Notes: generated from the sequence alone by a model not told the origin. A stretch of DNA of 64,000 nt from Octopus vulgaris (GCA_951406725.2 OX597834.1:17794001-17858000), one strand, 5' to 3'. Shown: positions 12,126-26,468, counted from the first letter of the stretch. Translations and numbers: made by a program.

Positions 12126-14329
12126 GTTGTTGTTGTTGATTTGACAGGCACCATGGAATGGATATGAATTCTTGGCGAACACTTTTCTGCATTTCAGTTT
12201 TGATTTTTCTTAGAAAAAAAAAAGTAGTAAAAACCATGGCTGCTACTGGTTTCTGGATTTTCACTGCCACATGGATCTGAAGTTTCTCACCCAAAGAAGA
12301 AACATTTGCTGTTGCTGCTTTCTAATTTTTGATTTAATTCAATTAGGTTTCTTTTCCTCTCCAGGTTGTCCTACAAGAATTTTTGCCTATTTTAAACTCA
12401 GTTGTTTAAAATAAAAAAACCTTTCCTGAAAAAATATTTTCTGAATAACTATATGATGGAAGACCCTTTCTAGCCATTTATTAACATGCAAAAATGTTAA
12501 ATTCACTTTAAATATATTTTATGAGATATCAAAATTTACATCACTAAACTGTGACCTGGTCACCGAAATAATTTCACTGCAACTGAAAGTTTGTTAATAA
12601 CCAGTTCTGAAAGACATTGGGTTGTTTTTCCGTTCTCTTCTTTTTCCTCTTGACATTTTTGTTGAGCTTAGGGCTATGCAGATTGACTTTCTTCTTCTGA
12701 CGTCAGTCATTAGACATCATTAGTCATTTTCAGTTTTCCTTGCTTTGTTTACAATATCATATATATTGTTATCATTCCCTTAGTTTCTTCCTCTACTTTC
12801 TTACTTACTCTTTTTTATTATTATTTTTACCTTCCTCTTTCTGTTGCTACATATAAAATGTAAGGTACAGCAGAACTTTTCACTATTGTGGCTTAAATCT
12901 TAGAAATTAATTAGATTAAAATAGATTAAACATATTTTACAAGTGTTATTACAAAGAACAGAGGAAAAAATGGAAAAAGAGGATTGGCATATGTTAATCT
13001 GAAAATAATGCTTTATCAACATTATTTTCAGATTATAAGCATCTAATAGTACAAGCATGCAATTGTAAAAGCACATAATTATATAAGGAAAATGGAAACT
13101 GAAAACAATTAACGATGATTGACTGATGACGAATATCATGAAGGTAATCTACAGGCATACAAAAAAGACAAACAGACGAAAAGAAAATGTCTCTTAGGGA
13201 TATATAAGAAAAAGAAAGGAACATGAAAGAAAACTGAAGGCCTATAAGAACTGACTGTTAACAAATTTTGAAACAGTTGCAGTGAAACTGTATCAATAAA
13301 GAAGGTTGCAGTTGTGTAACAAAAATGTTGACAACTCATGAAATGTATTTCAAGTGAATTTAACAATTTTGTGCATTAATAAATGACTAGAATGACTCTT
13401 CTACCATGTAATTATTTCAGTTTCAACACATCATCTTGGATTATGTCACATGCTAGACAAGTACAACTTCAAAATATTTTCAGGATATTTTCAAATTATC
13501 TATAGCTGATTGAACAATCATTTCAAAGCCAAATATGATTTTTTTTTACTAGTTTAATGCAGGGGGCCTTTTGAAGTACCTGTGGTCTTCTGAAGTCCCC
13601 AGAAACACCTGAGATTGATACCATTAACATTACTCTAGAGCTATTACAAGTCAACAACAGCAGTAGAAATACCTGCAGGGAGGATATTCCAGACATATTG
13701 GGAAGGACAAAGTGGATGTAATGATTTGTGCAGGGCTACAGGTGGACGACACTAAAGGGATAATGTAAGGAGAGGAGATGAGCATGTTAGGAATGTCTGA
13801 GTGGACATATCAAACTAGCCAGGTCTGAGGAACAGAGGCTATTGTAGTATGATAGAAAAAGGCAGAGAGAGGCAATGGCATATAGTTTTATGTGTGGGTC
13901 ATAAGTTGGAGTGTTGGTGAATGACTTCATACCAATCAGCTAAGTGCTTTTCCTTTGGATGTACTCTTAGATGTCATTGTGTGTAGCAACATCCTAAGAT
14001 GCACCATCCTAGGTGTGGGAGCAGTACACCATTGTAGATCTCACCTGTGCTTTATAGAGGGGTTGTTATTATGGGCTGAAGTATTTTTTTGGCTCTGAAG
14101 AGGAAGCTAGTCTTTTATGGTGTAGTCACTGTTATGTTGAGAATGTGAGTTTGCCAGGAGTACTTACTCAGCGATGTTGAGGCCCGACATTTGAATGGTT
14201 CTTGGTACTTGCTATTTTTAAAAATTTTTTTGTGGTACAATAATGTTTTCATGATATCAGCAGTAATTGTACCTAAAGTAAACAAGATTGGCATAACCCC
14301 ATTGGTACTGTTTTCAGTATTGGAAAATT

Positions 14330-14555
14330 AATAATAATAACGGTTTCAAATTTTGCCACAAGAGCAACAATTTCAGAGGAGAGGGTAAGCCAATTACATT
14401 GATCCGGTGTACAACTGGTACTTAATTTATTGACCCTGAAAGGACAAAAGGCAAAGTAGACCTCGGCAGAATTTGAACTCAGAATGTAAAGATGGATGGA
14501 ATTCCACTAAGCATCATGCCTGGTGTGCTAACGTTTTTGCCAGCTTGCTGCCTTA
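14330..14555 (-). mobile_element. SINE family B copy
   Basis: Reverse complement of the 11906-12125 family. Confidence 0.82.
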
Positions 14556-15199
14556 AAAAAAAATTAATAATAACAATATTGTAAATTCAAAGCAGAGACA
14601 GCCAGAAAGCTGTTTAAAGCTTGCCAAACACAAGCATGTGTTGTATCACACTTCTTTTTCAACAATAAAGACTCAGCATCTATGGCAGTATTTAATGCTT
14701 GTATCAGTCAAGACAAAAGCAGGGAAAATCTTAGCATCCTCATTTATGAGAAGCTTAGGAGTGGCCAGATGGAATAAAAAAAAGAATACATTCCTGTCCT
14801 TTAAAGAAAAATTACCTTTTTTTAACTGGAAGTTCCTTCCAAAAGGCAACAACCAACTAACAATAAAAGAGGTTTCAAACAGTCACTCAGTACATTAGGA
14901 GATACAAAAGGAAAGAAAAATATCTAATGGAAAGCTACGCTAAGGATCATAACACAGTCCATGCGAGATTTAAAAGACTTAAGAAAATCATATTTACCTT
15001 GGAAACAAGAAGAGAGTTCCATAAGATGTTTGAGGAAAGTATCTACGAGAATAGAAACTCCACTTACATGTGAGGACGGCAACAGTGAAAGGATGAGAGT
15101 TAATAGAAAGATGAGTCACTCAACCACAAATCTTAAAAGGAAACAAAAGGGAAGAAAATTTCAACAGAACAACAAATTTACATACTTATGTGTATATTT

Positions 15200-15768
15200 G
15201 TTCACGTGCTTGAGAGGACCCGGCAAGCCAAATGAGACCGTAACCTCGTTTGCTTGTGCCAGGGGTGTAACCAGCCCACTTGTGCGTACCGTTTCCTTCT
15301 TTGAACACTAATCTCTGCTTGCAAAGACCTGTTGAGGCAAGTGAAATCGAAACCGAAATTAAAATCAAAGTGAAATTTGATGACGGGCACAAGCACCATA
15401 CGAGCGCAATTGTTGCCAGCCCTGCCTTACTGGCACTTGTGTCCCATGCTAGTAGTGTGCTAAGAGCACCATCTGAGCGTGATCATTGCCAGAGCAGCTA
15501 ACTGGCTTCCGTGCCGGTGGCACGTAGGAGGCACCATTCAAGCGGGATTGTTACCAGCATCGCCTTACTGGCACCTGTGCTGTTGGCACGTAAAAGCACC
15601 CACTACACTCTCGGAGTGGTTGATGTTAGGAAGGGTATCCAGCTATAGAAACTCTGCCAGATCAGGACTGGAGCTTGGTGCAGCCATCTGGTTCACCAGC
15701 CCACAGTCAAACTGTCCATCCCATGCTAGCATGGAAAGCGGACGTTAAACGACGACGATGATGATGAT
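15200..15768 (+). mobile_element. Retroposon family C with GGACGTTAAAC(GAT)n tail
   Basis: GC-rich; TTAGGAAGGG(C/T)ATC motif; fragments at 4915-5120 (-), 42188-42300 (-) and 62200-62600 (+). Confidence 0.7.
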
Positions 15769-17218
15769 ATATATATATATATATATATATGCTCACTGTC
15801 TAGGTCTATAACAATAATTTCATTTGGGTATTAATCCAAGAGTTTACCCTATTAGGCTCATCCATGGGTATTGGCTATCAGGAGACCATTTTCTCAAACA
15901 CTTGTCTAAAAATCCACAAATATCCATAGAGTTTTTACAAGTACAACCAAAAAGAATTCAGTGAGCAGGTCTTTTTAATGCATCAATTTACAATTGTTTC
16001 ATCTGAATTTGATTTTATCAATCTTGCTATATTATACAATAATATATGCAACTATGGATTGTTGCATATATTCCAGGTGCCTTTGAAATGACATGTGCCA
16101 AATCAAACTCATCAGAATTACATATACAAGTAATTTGTTGCAGGAACTAAAATTTATACATACTCTGAGTTGGGCATATTTACATGGTAACATTTACATT
16201 TCACAAACAAAACATATCACTGATATAACAAAAAACAAAGTTTTGATATTTTGAAACCTTCATTTGTACACTCGTTTCAATAATTATATATAATCATAGC
16301 ATTATTCCATCAGGAAAATTTATTTGAAATATGTACAGAAGAAAATATTTTGATGAACTTTGGCTGATGAAATAATTTTAGAATTGCATAAAATTATTGA
16401 AATGAGTATACAAAGATGGTTTTGAAATTTGATCTTTGTTATTCTCTCAATTTTATTTGGCTCTGTCCCTACAGTTTAGCTTATCCCCAAATATATGCTA
16501 CATTATACTTGGTCAAATGTGCAATATTAGCAAATTGGAGTTTAATATGGAGTCTTAGTGCTACTAGTAATGTACTTAAAGCACACCACAAACCATAGAA
16601 GGTATTTGGCATGTGATGACATCAGTTACAAAATAAGGCTCTCAAACAATCACAGAGATGACTAGGTCAGCATTTGGGTCCTTATTTTATAAAACTCAAG
16701 CTAATTAAAACTGTTTTTCTCTTATACATTATTCGCTTTCCAGACATTTGTACATTACTGCATATACTCTATACGCACTTTCTGACAAGTTGTGGTGCAC
16801 CTGAGCACTGTATACAATAATTTCATTATTATTATTATTATTATTTTTATATCACAGGAGTTATTATAGGTAACATTTCAAGACTTTGTGGTCACCGAAA
16901 GCTAAATGAAATGAAACACTACTTATAGACACAACAAATTGCCTCCTTGTGCTGGTAGATCAATATCTTATCTGTTGAACATTTTACATGAACATTGTCT
17001 ACTTTTGTTGGCAGATGGTTGTATTTTATAAAACAGTATTAAAGTCTACCTTATTACAATGCTTAGAATAGATCCTTTTTAGTATCACTAGTATGTCATT
17101 CCAAAATTTCATTGTAAGAAATGAAAAGCTGTTACTGTCACTGAACCATAGAAATCAAGATATAGCCGCAGTCTTTTTCACCAGTTTCATCTGATATTCT
17201 TTTTTTTCCTCAATGCAG

Positions 17219-17272
17219 TGATATTGATAATTTTGGAAGAAACAACTTAATTCGAAGATGGCTACGGAAAAG
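17219..17272 (+). CDS. KCNH8: Probable 54-nt ELK C-terminal exon (DIDNFGRNNLIRRWLRK)
   Basis: Polypyrimidine tract plus tgcag acceptor, AG|gtacag donor, open phase 2-2 frame; no homology support. Confidence 0.45.
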
Positions 17273-19701
17273 GTACAGTTGTATATGTATAAGCAAGTTC
17301 TGTCCAGAGTAACAATGTAATGTCTTCCTTGACACATCCAGCCCACCTCAAATGAAACCCAGCTCCAACAGGTTATGCACTTACATTTAGCTTGATGGTA
17401 GTGATTAATCAGTTATAGTTCCTGTAGATCATAATGTAGGGAGCAGACTCAATCAGTTTGTCTATGTTTCAATGTTATAGATACTTAACGATTCATGTAT
17501 GATCAGATACTGTCGTGCACAGGAATAGATGTTGAAATTTCTTAGTAAACTTCGCAAAAAGTCCTTCAATTAATGATATCAGAATATATGTATACATGTG
17601 TGTGCGTGTTTGTTTAGGTAATTATGTATTGAAATTTATACTATGGGTTGATGCAGATATCTGTGTGGATATTGTCTTTAGTACATGTGAGGCAAAACTT
17701 GCTTTATTCTTCTTTAAATTATCTTATTTTTATTCAATTGTATTTGGACAAATTTTTGTAATTGTTTTTATTACTATCTTGCTGCTGTAAGCAATCTTAC
17801 TTGTTATTTTACAACAGAGATACTTTATTGCTCTTTACAGACAAATACACTTTCCAATGCCATCTATGTAACAAACAAACTGTTTATTAATATTTCTCCT
17901 TGACAGAAATAATATATATCTGAAGGAGAAACAATCTCTATTGTGTACTCAATATGTCATATCACATTTTCATTTATCATCACATATTTTATTGCCCAGG
18001 TTTATAAGAACTGGTAGCCTTCATTAATGAAATTAATCAGTCTAACTCATGACTGTGATTATTGCTAAAACTTCTGAAGTTATTAACCTTTTGACTGCGA
18101 AATTAAATGTCATGGTTAATCCAGTAATGATGTTGTATTTACCAAAAAATGAAATTGGTATTTCCTGCCAGTCACATTGCCTCAATGATTTTCATATATT
18201 TCAACAAAAAAAAAAAATGGTTTAAACATGACATTGAATTGATTAAAATAATTGGTTCATCAACAAAAGATAGACTGGTATATAAAACTGCTTTCTGCAG
18301 TTAAGGGTAATGAAATTTTGAATGGATATATCAGATTTCTGCTGTAAAATGGTTAACCATACAGTAAAAGGAACACATCTTTTGCAGGTCTATGAATACT
18401 TATTTCAGTGGTTCCCAGACTTTATTTTTTTACTTACTCTGCACTTTAGAGCAAATTTCAATATTTTGTGCACATTATGCATAAAACTATAAACTCTATT
18501 AAAAGTAGTATTTATATATCTTAACCCATATAAACTTATAAATAATTTGAACTTAAAAGTCATTAAGTGCTTGTTAATTGAGTAAACAAAGTATAGTTCT
18601 CAAGATTTTAGAATATACTTAGAACTTAAGTTTCTATTTTTTTTTTTTGCACAGTTTTGTATAAATATAATTTTATTGTTTTCATAATGCACACAGCTAC
18701 ATCCCACAGTACACCAGTGTTCTTTGAAACACCATTTAGGAACTGCTAATCTATTCAAACCTCATCCTATAATTACTATGATTTTTACTTTTAATATCAT
18801 TATCTATTGGCTTTAATGTTCAGTATTTTTTACCCTATTTATTGTATCTGCTTTCCTTCACATATCTTACTACTGACACACACCGTTCAATAAGATTCTG
18901 CTAATAAGCTACTGAAACACACCAGGATTTTCATATTTATATACACTGATAATATATATATGATTAGTGTAGCAAATAACTAAGTGTAACAACGTTACCC
19001 ACCCTGATGCTTTCAATGTATTAATTATTTCTGGAAGATTTATGTTTTTCATTCTTTCTGTCACCTGAATTATGTTTCTAATTAGAACCTTACTAGTTTC
19101 TATGGAGGTCCCTCCTTCTAAGTGAATTATTTAAAAAATATACTCTGCTAGTAATATACTCATCCATCTTAAATCAATGAATAGCATATTTATATTATTT
19201 TTTTCCTTCGTCAGTGCTGCATGCAAGTACATTTATAGAAATGCAGTTACACCTCCAATCTAAACAGTTTTTTTTTATTCCCCTGGTTTAGTGTATTTTA
19301 ACCTTATAAATTCTTAGTGTCATTTATTTTCATGAGACATGTCATTTGGGAAACCCATTGCTTTCTGATTCCTGCTGATGTACTTCTCTATTTCCTATTT
19401 TCTTTCATAGCATCCAAACATGACTTCACTCATACTCTACCTCTGCTAAGTGCAGAACTGGATAAATGCTTTGCTATAGTCTGACTCTTAAGCTATAACA
19501 GAGTGTAAATAGAGTGGACATTAACACACTTGATGTAATGAGGCAGGGTATTTCACTTAATTCAAATTACACTGCTATTAATGAGAAACTATAGTTATCT
19601 TAATGATTGATTCTGGTCAAGAAGAACAAGTGAGACAACTCTGGAATTAAAATTAAATGTTGGATGCTGTGGGAAGTAAGTGTGATCTTTAGCAGTGCTG
19701 T

Positions 19702-19754
19702 GACAACTCTGGACATATTTCTGTCTTGTTAGGCCTCATTAGTAAAGCATAGCC
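19702..19754 (-). ncRNA. Degenerate type I hammerhead ribozyme (retrozyme-like relic)
   Basis: Minus strand GGCUAUGCUUUA-CUAAUGA-GGCCUAACAAGACA-GAAA-UAUGUC-CAGAGUUGUC; G5>A and stem II mismatches. Confidence 0.55.
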
Positions 19755-20488
19755 TAAACACCTTACCAGATATTAGAATTTTGTATATGAACAGTGTAAT
19801 AATACTTGAAAGAGTACTTCTTGGTTCACTGCCTGGAGTGTCACTATACTTCCAAAGATCTAATTAGCCCCCCTGAGTTCATTATATATTTTATTGGTTT
19901 GTATTTTGGGTTTTTTCTTTAACCAAATTAGCCATTAAGATAATGATTACTTCTAATCCCTAGGGTGTAATTTGAATTAATTAAACTAACTTGGTTCATT
20001 GCACCAAACACTTTAACACACACTTTACTATGTTTGGCATTTTTCTTAGGTCATCCTTATTATATAAATATTGAAACAGTGTCTGTAAAGGTAATGTTAT
20101 ACTGAACACGTGTTCAGTCTTTGCCTCTGTAAATAACTGCATTGGGATTTTATTAAAAATGCACTACTCTATACAGACCAATTTATTTGACCAGAAAATA
20201 TGTGCTGCAAACTGCTTCATTTTTTTTCTTCAAACACTCAAAAAATTTAATACTAAAATAGATAAAACATTCTGTTTAGTCTTCAATGTTTGGCCATTTT
20301 TATGCTCTTTCCTATTGAGAGAAACTTTTCCTAACAGGAAAGAGAAGAGTTGCACATGGACTGATTAGAAGAATTGAAAGTAAAGATGTTTCTGTGAGCC
20401 ACATACTGGAATTTGTTATTGAGAAATTGAAAACTTGTAAAAGAATGAGTGATTGGATCTGATAACATTAGGTGTTACAGAAGAATTT

Positions 20489-20780
20489 TTTTTTTTTTGT
20501 TCCTTCTCGAGCCATGCCTGGCTCATAGGGCCGGTTTCCCAGTTTCCTTGGTGTATAGGTTCCCCACCTGGATGGGATGCCGGTCCGTTCTAGGTGAGCT
20601 GCGAGATGCAGGAGGAAAGAGTGAGAGAAAGTTGTGCGAAAGAGTCAGCAGAAGTTCGCCATTACCTTCTGCTGGAGCCATGTGTAGCTTAGGTGTTTCA
20701 CTCATAAGCACACACATCGCCCAGTCTGAGATTTGAACCCGCGAGTCCGCTGCTCTAGCCACTAGGCCATGTACCTCCAC
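20489..20780 (-). mobile_element. Full-length tRNA-derived SINE (family D) with poly(A) tail and 12-bp TSD
   Basis: TSD ACAGAAGAATTT at 20477-20488 and 20781-20792; A box TGGCCTAGTGG, B box GGTTCAAATC; fragment at 56505-56605. Confidence 0.88.
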
Positions 20781-21384
20781 ACAGAAGAATTTACTTATGT
20801 TTATTTTATTAGCTCAGAGGTTTATATTCTTTAGAAAAAGAGGAAATGATATTGTGATGGTCATACCTTTCTCAAAGGTATGGCAATATAAACAAAATGA
20901 ACTTACTTTAAGTACTAACTGAAACTAGTTTATTGATTTGGGTTTAGCGTACCTTGATTGTATGGTCTTTACCTCATAAGAGCTAATAAATATTACAAAA
21001 AAGTCAATGTATCAATTTGTGCTAACATTGAAAAGGGACAAAGGGATGTAAAACCAGCCATAATGATAATTATAAAGACAAGTTGTGATCAAGTAACTAA
21101 CAAGGTAGACTATGTACGGGTAGCAAATCAGCAACACTTTTAAATTTAAACAAAAATAATTATATAAGGAAAGCTTTTTCAGAGTTTGCTTTTACAAATT
21201 TTTGTCAAATCTGAAGAGATCTGTGAGAGAGTAGCATCATGTTCTACATTTCAACAATACCACAACCAGTCTGTCTTTAGTGGTCGAGAAATATGATTAG
21301 ATTTTCATTATAATCAATGTTGTTATTCTTGACTTAAATATTACCAAGTTCCTTAAGTCACCTTTAAATGGCTTATCTTGGCAG

Positions 21385-21483
21385 GAACACATTTCCAAAA
21401 CTTCAAAAACAACAACAAAGAAGAACTTCTATGCCAGTACCAAGAAATAATGCCAGCTTCTCATCTTCCAGTACAATTTCCAG
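21385..21483 (+). CDS. KCNH8: Probable 99-nt ELK C-terminal exon (NTFPKLQKQQQRRTSMPVPR...STIS)
   Basis: ttggcag acceptor, AG|gtcagc donor, open phase 2-2; RRTS kinase-site-like motif. Confidence 0.55.
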
Positions 21484-22996
21484 GTCAGCTTTCTCATGGA
21501 ATATTGCTTGCACAATCTGGCAGTCAGTGTGGAGAGAGCTTCCTCACCGCTAGAAAAGCACAAAATCAAAGCAGTCTTCATTATTGAAATAGTTCAATGG
21601 CTAGAATTTCTCCTCATTAATTCCAACACCCAGCTGATTATATACATATATATAACTAAAAAAAAAAAAAGACCACTGGCAAGATAATTGATGTATTTAA
21701 AACAAATACAGAAAGAAAAAATACTGCCAAAATCATGATTTTTTTTTGCTGTAATTTGATATTTAATTTACATGATCATGTGATGTTTTAATTTTTAAAA
21801 TTTAAAACAATATTTTGTTTCTATTTTTATTCCTTTATTTTTCTTCATCTCTATTTTGTTTTTCACTTCATTTTTTTGTTAAGTTTCTTTTTTTATGAGA
21901 ACCTTTTCATTAAGATTTCTCATCGTTTATTACTCATTGGTGTATTCACTGCTACAGAATGATAAAAACCAACTAGGTAACCTAAGTACTCAACTTCATT
22001 TTCTTTTTAACCTAGAAATGTTTACTTTTATTGTTGATATATAATGGTCCTCTGTTAATATATAATTGTGGTGCACCTGAGCACTGTATACAATTAATTT
22101 CATCATTATATATATATAATGAAAAAGCACAAACTGTACATCCTCCAGCCATAAGTCTGTTATATAATATCTGTGTAAAACATTCATTGTTATATTGGCA
22201 GCAATGTTGAATGTCATTGTGCAACTAAATTCTCAGAAACTGAGTCTCTGATCTGGATTTCATATAAATTTAGAATTGACTGTTTTTAGGACCCAGTTAT
22301 ATGAGTTTGTCAATTTGTTCAAGTCCAGTGGCTTCGTAAGTTCATAACAAGCCTCATCATCTATGTTCGTCATTATAGTCATAATGAGGCATTCTCTGAA
22401 ATTAAACTCCAACTCAAATGACAATTAGTAAAATATATCAGCATTTTATCTCCAATATCCTTTTATATTTGTGTCCAGTTCACTAGTTAATCACCCTATG
22501 TCAATCTAAGTATCCTATCTATGTTGTCTGGTGAATATTGTCCTTGGGAATCTTTGCACATTCATTTGAATACTCAAGCGCTGTCCACTATTACAATCAT
22601 TTCCAATTACAATATACCAATCATTTATAGAGCTTCTTTAGATTGTCAAACTTTTTTTTTTCCCACATTTTGTAACACCCTGTACAAAGACTACTCAGTC
22701 CATCATCAGTCAAATTTATAGTTTTAAGAAACTAACTTTCCACTCAGTGCAAATATCACATGGTCATTGTCACTGAATAATCATTTTTATTTATATTCAT
22801 AGTCACCTGACATTCATTTTATTTTATGCTTATTGCCATCCAACAATTTTATGCTCATTGTGAACCAAAAATTATTTTATGATTGTTCCTGATATGTTTT
22901 AATCTTAATTATCTCAACCTTCTTTATCTCTTACTGTACAGGATGAAATATTTTGTTATTGAATAATATGTACTTATGAGTTTGTCATGTGTGAAA

Positions 22997-23045
<49 letters not shown>

Positions 23046-23742
23046 TATATGTAAATGTATGTGTATTCAGTCTTTAATAAGAGCTATTTCTACTCAGGAC
23101 ATCAGCCTTACTAGCAAATGGGTTGATTGTTCATATTTTGTAACAAATATTGTGTCTTATTACAAATATATCTCACACTGAGTTTGTCTCCCTAATTAGA
23201 AATAGATAACATAGCAATTAGAGCTCACTGTTGTAACTAGCCAAAAACAGTGAATAGTTGGTGAGTATTTTTTGTTAGTTAGTAGTCCCAATATCAAGTC
23301 CTGCTGTAAACTACTTGGAAGGAAACGTATATCATCTATAATTTACTATCCAAGTGATGTTATAGAATAGTATTCTTTTAGAGTTTTGAAAATAACCAAA
23401 TCATATCTTTTATTAACTTTAAGTTGATTATAGTAATTTGATTAATTATATGCAATCAAAATGTTGTTTATTTATGTTTTTTTTTCAGCTTTTCAAAAAT
23501 AAAGTATGAGCTTAAGATTCCTTATAAATATGTTTTATTAATTTTAACAGGACTTCATGCAGTTTGTTTTAGTTAAGTCATCATAGTACAACTTATATTT
23601 AATGTTTGCAATAGCAGTACAGACCAAATTATGTTAACCTTTTAGCTCTTACAATATTCTGTCAAAAGTAATACTTATTTATTCATTTTGTTTAGAATTA
23701 ATCATGTATTATCCTCTAGCTTTGAGATTTCGATGAGGTAAC

Positions 23743-24856
23743 TCTTAAGTTTTAGAATGGTATTGTAAAGTTGGTGTGAGAGGCTAGATCTGGACAGTGT
23801 GGACATGAAACAGGTAGAATATTTTGGTTGGATTTGACCAGTTTAAATGCTAAAGTGTTAAAATATTTTTTCCTGAAAATCTTATATATAAGAAGTGTTT
23901 TTAAATTATTTTCATATAATTTGCTTATCTTAAGCTTTAGAGTGGTATTGTAAAGTTGGTGTGAGAGGTTAGATCTGGACAGTGTGAACATGAAACAGGT
24001 AGAATATTTTGGTTGGATGTGACCAGTTTAAATGCTAAAGTGTTAAAATATTTTTTCCTGAAAATCTTATATATAAGAAGTGTTTTTAAATTATTTTCAT
24101 ATAATTTGCTTATCTTAAGCTTTAGAGTGGTATTGTAAAGTTGGTGTGAGAGGTTAGATCTGGACAGTGTGAACATGAAACAGGTAGAATATTTTGGTTG
24201 GATGTGACCAGTTTAAATGCTAAAGTGTTAAAATATTTTTTCCTGAAAATCTTATATATAAGAAGTGTTTTTAAATTATTTTCATATAATTTGCTTATCT
24301 TAAGCTTTAGAGTGGTATTGTAAAGTTGGTGTGAGAGGCTAGATCTGGACAGTGTGAACATGAAACAGGTAGAATATTTTGGTTGGATGTGACCAGTTTA
24401 AATGCTAAAGTGTTAAAATATTTTTTCCTGAAAATCTTATACATAAGAAGTGTTTTTAAATTATTTTCATATAATTTGCTTATCTTAAGCTTTAGAGTGG
24501 TATTGTAAAGTTGGTGTGAGAGGCTAGATCTGGAAAGTGTGAACATGAAACAGGTAGAATATTTTGGTTGGATGTGACCAGTTTAAATGCTAAAGTGTTA
24601 AAATATTTTTTCCTGAAAATCTTATATATAAGAAGTGTTTTTAAATTATTTTCATATAATTTGCTTATCTTAAGCTTTAGAGTGGTATTGTAAAGTTGGT
24701 GTGAGAGGCTAGATCTGGAAAGTGTGAACATGAAACAGGTAGAATATTTTGGTTGGATGTGACCAGTTTAAATGCTAAAGTGTTAAAATATTTTTTCCTG
24801 AAAATCTTATATATAAGAAGTGTGTTTAAATTATTTTCATATAATTTGCTAATCTT
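23743..24856. repeat. 185-bp tandem array, 6 near-identical units
   Basis: Exact 185-bp period, also reflected in the repeated spurious ORFs. Confidence 0.95.
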
Positions 24857-26337
24857 CAACAATAGCACTTCTTAATCAGCAGTTAAAACAATATTTTATT
24901 CGCTGTACAATAGTATGCTTCCTTTTTCAGTCTCAGAATGTGAAACCATAGACAAACGTTTTCTCCTACAGCATCAGATTCACTAATACTTTGAGAGTGG
25001 AATTTGCTAGATGCAAACTATGTAGTAACCAGTTATATAAATATCTTCTGTGTGCAGTGTGATGTACGACTGCTACTGATGAGTTTAGAGCTCTGTATTG
25101 AGTATCATCACCCAGGCTACTTTCAGCAGAGAGCTGTCATTACCGCTGTACATAGCAGTATTACTGGTCATGACTTGCAAAGCGAATATAGGAGAAATTA
25201 TGATAAACACAAGGTGAAGTTAATATCATTTGGGAACAAATTATATAAACTGCAACTTTGATTTTGTCACTTCTCAGTCATATATATACAGTTAATAAGG
25301 TGATGCTTATTTATTCACATTGTTTTGAATTAATCATGCATTGTCTCATAGCTTCAGGATTTCTATAATTCACTTGTTTAGTTTTAGAATGGCATTGTAG
25401 GGTTAATGTGAGAGGTCAGATCTGGTAAGTTTCAACATAAAAAAGGTTAAATATTTTGGTCATATATGGCCCATTTGAATGTTAAAGCGTTAAAATAATC
25501 TTAGCCATTAAACTTAAGTTGTCTTCCCTTCATCTATTAGTTTTTTCTAATTAGATTTTTTTAATGCTCAGTGTTTGACATGCATTATTACTAACCTCGC
25601 CATGGATGGTATCTGTGTGAAATTTAATCTCAGTGATTTATTTTACATTAAATATCACTCTATCAAGTCTCTTGTTTCTCAAAGATAACATTGCATAACA
25701 CGATTTTTGTCTTTGGGCGGCAACTGTTATTTCTTATTTACTTACCCCTTAAAAATACGAAAAATGGCTAATATTTCCTTCAAACTTTGCTTTTGTTACA
25801 TTTATTCACACCCCTAAGAATCCCTTTCAACATATGGCTATGATACTTCCTCACTTCTCCTGCTCATGATCAGAGATGCACATATTGTCAGCCACTAAGG
25901 AACATTGAGAAGAATATTTGTTATAATGATATTTCTGTTACAGTAACTGAGCACTGAATCTGTCTGAAATGTAATGGAAAATCGGTCAGTTTCAAAACAT
26001 TGATGGCCAGGTCAGAAAAGCAAAGTTTGAAGGGGAATAGTAGTCATTTCCTTTGATTTCTAGATAGAAGCAAATAGGAAATAACACTTACTGACCCCCA
26101 CCCAAATTTTCTGCCCAATGTTGTTATTATTTGGGTGACATTAAGGAAATTTCTGAGCCCACTTTCCAGCTGTATCTTTCCAACATTTATTGTCAATTCT
26201 CTTTTTGAGAAGCTGAACACACAACATATATAATCGTTGAAAACAAAAATCTTATGCAGCAATTTTGTTATCTTTGATTTTTTTTCTTTTTATCAGTTGA
26301 TCTCAGTCTATTGAATTCAGTTTATTTTATTCCGCAG

Positions 26338-26468
26338 GGAGGACATGGAAATTGGAAATAATGCACACATAAAAGGAAAAGTAAACTTCCAAAATGTCGT
26401 GGAAAAAATCACAAAACGTAAGAATATACAGAATACATTAAGGAGAAAAATACAAGAAATGAAAAAAC
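26338..26468 (+). CDS. KCNH8: ELK C-terminal exon (EDMEIGNN...LRRKIQEMKK)
   Basis: ttccgcag acceptor, C|gtaagt donor; phase 2 in, phase 1 out, matching the terminal exon. Confidence 0.72.

Noticed and set aside
14580-15180. Lys/Arg-rich ORFs as possible channel exons
   Set aside because: No convincing splice sites or motifs; probably decayed retroelement sequence
20700-20780. tRNA gene
   Set aside because: A/B boxes belong to a SINE head with a TSD; no full cloverleaf
23752-24868. Six repeated ORFs of up to 79 aa
   Set aside because: Artefact of the 185-bp MITE-derived array
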